Below are positions 48,361 to 58,681 of a stretch of DNA of 64,000 nt, in pieces (the stretch's first letter is position 1; the number at the start of each line of letters is the position of its first letter). The stretch comes from Macrostomum lignano. Its lineage: Eukaryota. The stretch covers positions 186,001-250,000 of the forward strand of contig NIVC01000251.1 in assembly GCA_002269645.1 (NCBI GenBank). The letters run 5' to 3'. The notes beneath the pieces are model-generated. The model ran no database searches and was not told the DNA's origin. It saw only the letters and a program-made list of their open reading frames with translations. Position numbers and translations under genes: made by a program.

Positions 48361-50744
48361 CACAGAACATACACAGAATGGCGAATCAGCAGTTCTCTAT
48401 GAAAGCGAAAATAAATGCGATTGCACTACTAACGTTGTGAAGCTGATAAGTAGCTGCGATTTTTTAAACGCAAAGTTGAATGTAAAAGTTGAGCTCAAGA
48501 CAGCCTTTGAAAGCTCTGAATCCTCGTTTTGACGCTGCAGATGAATGCTGCGCCATCATTGTAATTAATTTGTTCATAACGGTGCGTGCGCAAAGTCATG
48601 AGCAGTAGTAACAACTGTTATAACCTCATTGCCATGTACATGTAAGCTAAAAAACAAAAGTAACAAACATATAACAGCAGGTTAAGTTTTAGCGCTGCAC
48701 GCAAGGCAGGAAATGCCAGACGCAACAGAAATAACAAATCTCATGCAATCACACTCATCCTTTTGAACTTCCTCGATTGCTCATTGCAAAATGCTCGCCC
48801 GCGCTTTCTCTCCTGAGCCGCAATCCTGCGCCCATTGCACCAATGGTGCAAGCGCAGCCTCGAGAACAGCCTCACAATGCCCATCACGCATCTCTCTGAG
48901 TGCTCAGCGCAATGAGTCGCAATAATTGGCCTGATGCAATCGGCCAATAATTTGCTGATTCTGTGTGACAAAACAGCATGCATGAACTCTGTCACTTCCA
49001 GCAATTTGAATTGGCGTTCCATCTCAGTGACAGCTCTGATAACTGCTCTACTTGGGGTGACTAAGCTGTCATCCCGCTTGCACTTCAGTCGCAGGAAGCG
49101 TGTCCGAATTGCTGATGTGTTCCTTATTACCAGTCCTCAACTGTAATCAAGGAACAATCACTTCTAGCTCTTTAGCTAGGCAACCCAGTAATTCAAACGA
49201 AAGTATTCAATTACCTTGACTTCTTATGAGATATCTCTCCTTCTTTTAGTCCTTCGTAGATCTCGTGTAGATCTCGATCTGTAGTTCAGGCCTGAATTCG
49301 ACTCGACTTGTAGTCCTGGTCCGAGTTTCTCTTTTCTTCTTTTGCCGGCCGGTATCTGTCGTTCGGACCAATCGGAAGCTTCCAAATTAACAATGGGTAC
49401 CCTGCGCCAAACTGCGGTTTAATATAAGCCTACTCCTTCTAGCAGTGCCTCTATGCACTCTAGGTATAGCTCCGGAAACCACTGATAGTCTTCTAAGATC
49501 TATCAGGGGCAGTCCTTCTGGAGACTGCAACCAGTAGAGTCTAAACAGACTCAAGAGTCTCAGCAGACTCAAATAAACTCAAGTCTCAATAGACTTGAGC
49601 GAGACGTCTCAACCAACGGGCGCAAATGAGTAAGGCTTACCGCAAGAACTCGTCCACGACGCGAGTTTCTTCAGGAAGGCTTCACTAGAGCTTCCTCTTC
49701 GGAGCTTCTCTCCCTTGGAGATTGTGGCTCCGGGTCCGTTCCGGACCACTTGTATTTATAGGCGTTCAGACCTCTCTCGAGGTCGTACATCACTGTCTTC
49801 GCAAATGTCAAAGGGTCACGATTCGGTGGCTGTCAAGCATGACAGGGTAGAAAGTTGCGCAACTAGTCTACTGTAAAAGCGCATGATTGGTTACCGTAGC
49901 TGGTAGACTTTGATTGGTTCATCCGGGTGCAACCCGAGTGCAAACAAAATGATGACTTGAAGGTGGGGTTTGACTTGACAGTTGTTGGTCGCACGTGATT
50001 GGGTGATTTCTAAAATTAGCATGCTCGAGGTCTCTCTCTTCCTATTGGTTAGTTTGAATATACTTATAGTTCAAAGCATACCTTATACATGCTCTTCAAT
50101 TTACTACTAAATAAAATGTGTGAGTAGTACGTTAACACTTTTATGTCTTCTTACGGGAGGTAGAACACTCTACATTGCTTTCCCTTCAGTTCCTGCTGGA
50201 ACACCTCACACTTGCACTCGGTTTTAAAGAAGCGGAACAGCAACCAACCGCCGACATATGCGCCCTTCTCGTGATCTAAGTCATCCGATGTAGCAAAGAG
50301 CTCATCACCTGCTTCCGTGAGATCTGAGTCACAAGTGTTGCCCTGCAGGTGGAATGGATCTGGAGCTTCTTGGCTCACTGCAGCCTTGGATGCTCTCTGG
50401 CTGCTGAAAACCGGTGAAATCTAGTGCCCGGCGGACACTTGCCGGCGTAGTTGGGGCATCCGTACGCAGCGCACTGAAGCCTCGAAGCAGACGCAGTCAT
50501 GCGAAAACAGTATCACAATAAGCTGCGTATTCTAAAAATAGCACAGTTTAGAAGGGGGTGGGTTGGTTCATCAAGCCTTCCTATATTCTGTGGGACAAAC
50601 CCGCAATAAATGGCAAAGAATTGGTAAAGTGCGATTCAGCCTACTTAGTTTCTCTTCACAACAAGAGTAGCCAGTATAGAATATCATTCTTGTGCAAGAA
50701 ATTTTCTTAAAATGCGGGATTCGCCATTCTGTGTATATTCTGTG
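48361..50744 (-). mobile_element. P-element-like non-autonomous DNA transposon (copy A), 8-bp TSD
   Basis: TIR CACAGAA(C/T)ATACACAGAATGGCGAATC; TSD GTCTATGC at 48353-48360 and 50745-50752; retains P/THAP9-like C-terminal coding fragments (AYVGGWLL..CKC, VTPSRAV, RLRLHHWC). Confidence 0.85.
49142..49980 (-). mobile_element. LTR-like insertion (TGTCA...TTACA on minus) inside P-like copy A
   Basis: TG...CA ends, two CCAAT boxes and CTATAAATA; no matching TSD found. Confidence 0.5.
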
Positions 50745-52312
50745 GTCTATGCTGCAGTATGAAATGCGCAATGTCTACGGAAAGGACTGGAGCCTTTGGA
50801 CGGATGTTCAGTTTGCTGAAAGTAGAAAATCGCTGGATGCGGCTATGAAGCTATCAACTGCGGAAGGAAAAGGAGTCGGGCTAAAAAAGTCAGAGCCTGT
50901 GACGAAATCTATCGAAGATGATTGCTGGAATGCTGGTGTGCTAGGCTCCCAAAATCCTGAGCAACTAGTTCGCACCGTAATTTGGCTAATTGGCAAGCAC
51001 TTCGGTCTGCGGGGTGATAGTGAGCTACGTGATTTGGAATTCCAGTGCGAGATCAATTTGGATGGCAGTGGGATTGAAGAGTGCCTTGATTACGAGGAGT
51101 GTCGGCGGACCAAGACGAATCAAGGTGGCCTGAAAGGAATTCAGAAACAACCGAAAGTAGTCAAAGCTTTCCATGCTGCAGATCCGGAGCAATGCGTTGT
51201 GTGCCTATACATCAAGTACGTTTCGTTGCGCCCCGAGAATTGTTCAAAAGCTTTGTTTCTTGCCGCCAATAAGCACTGGATGGAATCGAACGGAAAAGCC
51301 TGGTATAGTGTTCAGCCTATTGGGAAGAACACTATCTCGACAATTGTGAAGGCCGCAGTGTCTGAAGTTCGGCCAAACAGCACTGCTCGTTTCTCGAATC
51401 AGAGCCTGCGAAAAGCATGTGCTATTCAACTCCACGAGGCTGGTGTCGAACGCGGAGACATTGCTCAGATCACTGGTCACGCTACTACCTACACGCTACA
51501 GGCTCTGGAGAAATACATAGCGCCATCAACAACACGACAGAAGATCCAAAGTGCTATTTTGAGTGGAGACGCCACCGAGGCTTCTGCTGCAAGTATCATA
51601 CAACAGTCTCGTGTTACCGTGTCCGACGTCAATACCGAGGTTTCTATCGAACCACCTGCTAGTAAGCGCATGCTCATCGAGGCAGACGGTGAAAAAAAAC
51701 GTTGTGAAAATCTCATTCTGTTAGTCATTATAAGTCCGAAACGAACTTTATATCACACATTTTGTGTCCTACAGTTGTAATTAAGCTTTTGTGTGCAACA
51801 CTTTTTGCTAGTTTTTGTTAGTCTATGGTTGTTGTCTCGAATTTATCAGCCCGCGGGGCAGCGGGAAATAAATGATTTATTCACCTAGGGAAATAAATGA
51901 AAACATGCGTCACATAGACACTCGCCCAGGGCAAAAGGGGGATACATATCATATTCCCCACTCATTTAGCTGTCTAGCGGGCAAAAGCAAGAGGTGACTC
52001 GTTTATTGACCGAGGCGAAGCCGAGGCCTAGATGCGAGTCTGAAGCTTATGCTTCAGACCATAGACTAAAATAAACGGAAATAATATATTTATACCCCGT
52101 TTGGCCATATTAACATTGTACATTTTAACCATGGAGAAATTTTGATTTGATGCCGTGCACAAACACGACTGTGTTGGGTACTTAAGAGTGAGTGGCTGTC
52201 TTTATCTTTACTAAACATTTTCTGTGACATTTCGAGTTATTGTCTGCATGGGTGATGTTGATCGCGTCAGCTTTGAATCACTTAGTCTTCCTGAAGTCGA
52301 AGCTGTCTTAAG

Positions 52313-54613
52313 CACAGAATATACACTATTTATGATATACACAGAATGCTCAATCACGCATTTTGAGAAAATTTCCTGCAAAGAATTACATTCTATACTA
52401 CATTTACACCTTTTTCTATTCTTTTTGGCAAACGTGCAATCAAATTCAAAATCTTTTCATTCAATTCAGACAGTTTATGGTAGTTCTTGGCCGGACGTGC
52501 ATTCGATTCCGACAAATGTGCTTTTAAAAGCGACAATTTTCAAACAAAGCAAACAAGCTACCACGAGAAACCGACACTTTGCAATCAATTCAAACAAATT
52601 GCAATCAATTCCGACAGTTGGCTATGAATTGGCTTTTTATGTCCTCCTATCTATGGCTTTGACTTTGATTGCACGTTTGCCAAAATAGAATGGAAAAAGG
52701 AGTAGCTACTCTTGTTGTGAAGAAAAGCTAAGTAGGCTGAATGGCACTTTGTCATGTTTGTCCGTCCCAGACGGCTTCGTGAGCGGCGCTTACCATAGCT
52801 ATATTTTAGCAGAGCATATCACTCCCGTTCTATTTTGGGTAGACTGGGAAGCGTACGAGTCTGCCCTTCATCTTTGCGTATAAAGCCACCTCCCTCAGTT
52901 CTTAATTGTAAGCACTTCTGATTATAGACAAATACGAGTATGTATGCGGCCATAGATTAAAACACGGGCAAGCCAACAGAAAGTGAGGTTGAGGCATGGT
53001 AAGCACCGTTAAGGCGTAAAGCCGGAGCAAGTGACAGAATCATTCACAGCAATTACTCAGAATGCCAAATCGACAATTTAAAAAATCGGTGCAAGAAAAG
53101 AAACCGCATCGGACTATTCTTGTTGCTTGTTAAAATGCAGAGGCAGCTTCAATGACAGACGGGAGTGCCGAGAGGCCGTGGCAGCTTTGCGATCCGTGTC
53201 TGTCAACCAGTTGTTGGGCTGTCACTTGCAGACCAACAGCAACTGCGAGAACGATGGTGGGCGATTTTCAGGCCCGGGTTGCAGAAAGTGCAAGTGCGCA
53301 GAGTCCTGGGTTGCAGGGCGATGATTCTGATTTCAGTGGATTCCACTGCATCAACTCATCAAGCTCACGACCTGCTTGCCGGTACATTCGGCATCATTAA
53401 GAGCGAGAAGTGCGTCTACATTGGGGGCTGGCTGCTTTTCAAGCTCTTCAAATCTGACGCACATTCTGCAGCTCGAAAATGGACAGGATGGAACTGGAAA
53501 CCTGGTCATCCGCAAAAAGCCAATCAATCATATCTGCAGTCTGTCAGATGGAGCGCACTTTCACGACAACAGACAAAGAGTTGTGTGTTCTGAAGGGTGT
53601 GGGTCAATGGCTGCAAGAAAAGTTCTTTCCTGTTGTTCTTGCTAACATTCACACACACAGCTTGGATCACAGTGAATGCTGCGCAAGGGCGGTGGCCAAG
53701 TCGTTTGCCAGAATTCGCCTGAATCACTGGTGCAACACTCAGAGGGAGCTTGCTCAGCAGAGAAAGCGAGGGCGCATGACAGGAATGAAGAGAACTGAAG
53801 AGAAGAATTGATGCGAATTAATGCTGTTTAACTGCGATTTGAAGATACGAATGAATGCTGTTTGACTGGGGGGTCTTTCTCGAAAGCAACTTACGATCGA
53901 CCATAGACTTAAGTTGGGTAAGCTACACTTACGGGTTGCTCGAAGGGCTCGCAAGTTAGCTATGCGTAAGATTGATCGCAACTTTACGAGTTCGTAACTT
54001 TGCGCAAAAGACTGTTTCTCGAAACGTTCGTATGTCTATGGTCTTTCGTAAGGTTGATCTTAACCCTACGACTGCTCGGTATCAGTCGTAAAACGCACTT
54101 AAGCACTAATCGCATAGTACGTGAAGCTTTAGTCAAGCCAAGTCAAGTTAAACTTTATCGAAGGTGGGTCTTTCTCGAAAGCAACTTACGATAGACTAAG
54201 TAAAGATATTTGCAGATTTATGACCATAGACATGCAACTTTTCGTTTCAGATACGACTTACGAACAGCGTAAGCCACGCAAAGTCTAAGTGAGTTTTGAG
54301 AAAGCGTCTTACGAGCAAACTTACGCTACACATAAATTTCTTTCTTACGATCTAACTTACCATAGAACTTACGTGAGTTTCGAGAAACACCCCCCAGGAG
54401 TTTTAAAGATTCAAGTTGTGACTTCCTAAATAAACTGACTGGTTTTTACATTTGATCCTTTATAATAGGATGTTACTGCTTTTGATACTTTCTGCTAAAT
54501 TATTCCTCGCTAGTTATACTACTGGCCATAGACTTCACAACAAAAGTAGCGCGGACGATTTTGAATTCAGTTTCATGAAAAATGCGTGATTGAACATTCT
54601 GTGTATATTCTGT
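52313..54613 (+). mobile_element. P-element-like non-autonomous transposon (copy B, diverged relative of copy A)
   Basis: Left end CACAGAATATACAC...ACAGAATGCTCAATCACGCATTTT, right end AAAATGCGTGATTGAACATTCTGTGTATATTCTGT; flanks GTCTTAAG / GTTTTAAG (7 of 8 match); ORF fragments CVYIGGWLL, FARIRLNHWC. Confidence 0.75.
53866..54397. mobile_element. About 530-bp MITE (PIF/Harbinger-like ends) nested in P-like copy B
   Basis: TIR CTGGGGGGTCTTTCTCGAAA / TTTCGAGAAACACCCCCCAG; internal ACTTACG-type repeats. Confidence 0.7.
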
Positions 54614-54942
54614 TTTAAGTGACTTGCCATTCGCAGCCGCAACCGACTATCCGAGTTTGAGCAAGCGCGATCTCAACTACATTCTTAAGTGTTTTATCTT
54701 AGAGATCCGAAATTAACGTGGTGATCGCTATTGCGCTTCTTCGTTGGAGGATTATTTTCAGCATGCTACAATACTTGTTCAACCTATGCGGAAAGCCATG
54801 GAGCCTCTGGAAGGACGGAGAATTCAATGAGAGCCGACGTCTTGAGAGAAACTCTGGTCTGAAGGTGTGATTGGTAGTGATGTCCACGACAATTGGTGAG
54901 TTCTGTGATTTGGGCAGAGGGGTCATTGTGATGTTGTGCGGG
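54614..54942 (+). pseudogene. Degenerate Crypton recombinase fragment (copy 3)
   Basis: LSKRDLNYILKCFILEIRN, SMLQYLFNLCGKPWSLWKDGEFNESRR, QLVSSVIW parallel copy 2; continues in frame from 52224-52312 across the P-like insertion. Confidence 0.7.
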
Positions 54943-55724
54943 TGTCACGTTATTGGCGTAGAGGCTATGACCCTTAGAAGGGCCGTTTTACGAGAGTTGT
55001 CGTAAGTCGTAGTCCCAAAATGAGTCGAGTCAAGTCTTGATAAGCGGATTGTGTAGCGGAGCACTTGGCATACAAGGCAGGTAACTGCCGTAGTTGTTTT
55101 ATTGTTGAGATCAATATTCAAATTTGGTTAATGTTAATACAGAACTTATTGTGCTTTTGGGACACTGGCGGCTGCAACAATGGTTTTGAATTGAAGGTGA
55201 ATTAGAAATTGTAGTCGAGTGGTAGGCGAGTGATGCAAGGCGATGCAACGTGGTGAGTAACGGTGATGAGCACAGCAGTGGCAGATGCGTAGTGGTGAGA
55301 TTGGCGTTAGCCGTGGCAGACAGTGGCAGGCAGTGTAAACAGGCTGGCCCAGACAGAGGAGCCGTGGCGAGAGATAAGGAGGCAGATAGAAGGCAGGAGA
55401 AGGAAAACAAGAGCCGCGAAGTGAGGAGGCCCCCAGCCCGCCGCCAGGCGGGGGTTAATAAAGAGCGCAAAAGGGGGGTAGCGTAAAACACGGAGAGCCT
55501 TCATTGGCTGGCGAGAGAACTTGAAATTATCGATCGTGCCAAAATTCACAGACGGGCGCAAGGCCTACCAAATGCACAGTGAATTAGCAGTTGATACAGA
55601 TTATTTACACGCTACTATAAGTAAACGTTAAAATAAACTATTGGAGAAATTAAAATGAGAAATTGCAAGGGAAACTATAGTCCAACGGCCCTTTTGCGGG
55701 ACCACTTAAACTAGCAACGTCACA
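54943..55724 (-). mobile_element. Solo LTR with 5-bp TSD GCGGG
   Basis: TGTCAC...GTCACA; GCGGG at 54938-54942 and 55725-55729; same family as 16501-17321. Confidence 0.92.
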
Positions 55725-56632
55725 GCGGGGTTATTGTCTACTTTTATTAAGTTGATCTGTTACGACCCATTGACTAACTTTTAACTGCCAAAGCCAAAAA
55801 ACTGCTTAACAACTGCTCGCTTTTCTAAAACTGCTTGTTGCTTGTACATGTATTCATTTGAGTACTTTCTTGTGGCTCATTCGTTTGTCTTATTTATTTG
55901 GATCGTTTATTGGGCCGGGACAAATGAACGCATTTTACATTGGACCATAGACTTATTCGGCGCGGCCAAAAGGGGTATACATTGAAAGCTTGCAGTACCA
56001 ATTAGTAGGCCGCAAAAAGGAACATTGAGACTGTCACAGAAAAAAACAATCGTCTATCGTCTACGTTTCACCACGGATAGAAAGACTTTCGATTTTAATC
56101 TAAGCTTTATTAAATTGGTTTTTACCGTAGATAAATTTGTAGGTACGAGCACGTATTTTTTAGGTAAATTTCGTATTTTACCCACGACTAGCTGACGTAG
56201 ATAGAAACTTTATAAAATTAGAACTTAGTCCACAGCTCGTAAAGTCCCACTACCCGTTTTTATCAGGCTAAACGTGCTGCTTGCTGGCCAGAGAAATTAA
56301 TCATTCCTTTTTTACTTTGGCGTCGCATTAAACTATTTGCACACAACTATCTGCTCTGCCAACAAACCTGATGAAGCTTCAGGCTTACCGAGTGATGCTC
56401 TGTAGTGGCAGTAGATAAGGGAAAATCAAACGTTTCCTAAAATCCATTCCTAAATAAAATCCATTATTGCTAACCTAATTTGGACACAGTCACCGTCTGT
56501 AGCTAGAGTAAACACCGATTTTCTCTTATTAATATTGACTTGCTGTAAGCTTCGTGCCGATCACCTATTTTACGAGAAACGAATCTGCATTAGCCTAATT
56601 TAGTCTGAACCCTATACACGTCGGTACCCGCA

Positions 56633-58258
56633 ATGCAGCTGATAAAAAATGCATTGAGTGGCACATCAGCGCACGGTCTGTCGAGAGTTACGTCCAACAA
56701 GCCAATCTACGTTCGATTAACCTGGTTACTAATATTCCTAATTATGTTTGGCCTGTTTCTTAAAGGACTCGTTGAGTTCGTGGAGAAGTTGCGGGTGAAA
56801 AAAGTAACCAGCTCGATAGAATCTGACGGTGTTAAGTTTCGATTTCCGGACATATTTGCCTGCTTTGAGAATCCCATCTCTAGCAGCTATTCGGCCACAT
56901 TGGACTACGCCACAGCTTCTGCTATTAATACCAGCTTCAGTATGGTTGATACAGAGCTCCAGTTTCATGCCATTAAAGAAAACCTATCTCAAGAGAATAC
57001 TGCAAAGCTGATGATTGAAAAGAGCTTTGTATATGTGTTTGGGTTGTCTTATAAACTTTTGTTTGACTCGTTGGCTCATCGAGTTGAGCAGTCGTTGATC
57101 TCTAGCACCATTGTCTACATGAGCGAAATCGGAGACGCCAAATTAGCAGAGATCGAAGCTTATCCGTTTAACCATCCGCAGTACCTTCGCTGCCTACGTT
57201 GGACCATCAACAAAACTTGGCAGGATAAAATGACTACAGTCGAAGCGTGGGCCGGACTCACTATCACCTTACTGTTGGACACTAGCGGCTCCTTGCTGGA
57301 GCTCAAAGGTGGTTATAAAATACCGCGTAGAACTTTCATTCCGGACGGCTCGGAGATCCCGATATCTGATTGGACTCTAGCAATCAAGGACTACAAACAG
57401 GCTGACAGGCCGATTGGACTGAAGGTGTTTTTGAGTCCACCTGGCGAATATCCTTCGGACTTTGTGAGTTCATTCTCTCTTGGGCCGGGTAGATATCACA
57501 CTGTGGAGATCAAAATGTCAGCTTACTCCTTCAAGGAGGATCAATTTAAGTGCATTGGCGACGGCCATCCCGCTATTCAGTTCACTAATCCGTACGATCT
57601 GTCTGCCTACAGTCACGTGTATAGCTACTCCTACTGCTACTACTATGAATACCACCGTTTGAACCAGCTGCTGTTAAACCTATCTGGTAACATCAGTCCT
57701 TTACCATGGCCCCTGAGAGATTTCAAGTACATGTTTAACATATCTTCAAGGCCGCACTACGGTAGCATGGATTACGAACAATCGGTGTGGGACCAGCAAG
57801 GAGAGCTGGCCGAAAAAATTCGAGAAACCTGCAAGCAGAAGCGACCCTGCAGCACGCTGGACTACAGTGCCAGCATATCCAGCGCTGACTAGCCCACGCA
57901 CAGCTCTCTGGCTCCTTTTATCAACAGCTCAGTAAGGCAGGCTTGAATGCGAGCCAAATACAGGAACCTCAGCGTACCAGCTTTTGACTTTTTGCTAACT
58001 AGCAACTCTTCCCGTGTTGCCTCGTACGTCCGCGACAATCTGTTAAAAGTGCACTTCAAGCCTAGCAGCGTCAGTAGTGACAAAGTCACATTCTCAATCG
58101 ACTACGGATTTTCAAATTTCGTCTCGGAAGTTGGCGGCATTATGGGCATCTATCTGGGCATGTCGTTGCTGACCCTATGCGAGCTGCTGGAACTGCTGTA
58201 CGACATTTTTGCACGATATTTTTTGAAGAACGACAATGAATTGCCTGCCGAAAAGTGA
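56633..58258 (+). pseudogene. Intronless DEG/ENaC (ASIC-like) sodium channel reading frame with two in-frame stops
   Basis: TSAHGL pre-TM1 motif, TM1, FPDIFAC, GLKVFL..PGEYP, C...PCS..DY, TM2 SEVGGIMGIYLGMSLLTLCEL; ORFs 56633-57892 and 57947-58258 share a frame, interrupted by TAG 57890-57892 and TGA 57944-57946. Confidence 0.85.
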
Positions 58259-58681
58259 CCCTCTTAAATATGAATGAAAACTCAAAACTCTATAAACAAA
58301 TTGTGAGCAGTTTATCCAGATTTTAACTAAGCTAGAATAAAGTTCATAACGCCTCTATGGTGTGGAGATTGGAAATTCAATTTTTAAAATCTGTTTTAAT
58401 CTGAAAAAAGTGTCGAACGACTTTTGCTAACTATTTAGTCAAGTGAAAACGCTGTCTGAAAAATCTTTCTTAATAGTTATCTTATCTACTATTCAGTCCA
58501 AATGAAAACTTTGCCCAGTCAGTCGCTAAACTTTTCCGAGTTGAGTAAAAATGTATAAGAATTTTTTTGCAAAATAATATTGCTCTCGCTCTATTTTACT
58601 GAGCTTAACGATAAATTTAGCTTGACTGTTGAGCATATCGTGCTTTTTTAACAGCAAGTATTCTGTAAAAGCTTTGAAGTG

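Larger units (their letters stand above)
48018..51780 (+). pseudogene. Crypton-type tyrosine recombinase (copy 2), split by a P-like insertion
   Basis: Joining 48360 to 50753 gives YSAGTLKDFVSMLQYEMRNVYG; motifs FGLRGDSE, TKTNQGGL, PIGKNTI, FSNQSLR, ITGH, EKYI. Confidence 0.88.
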
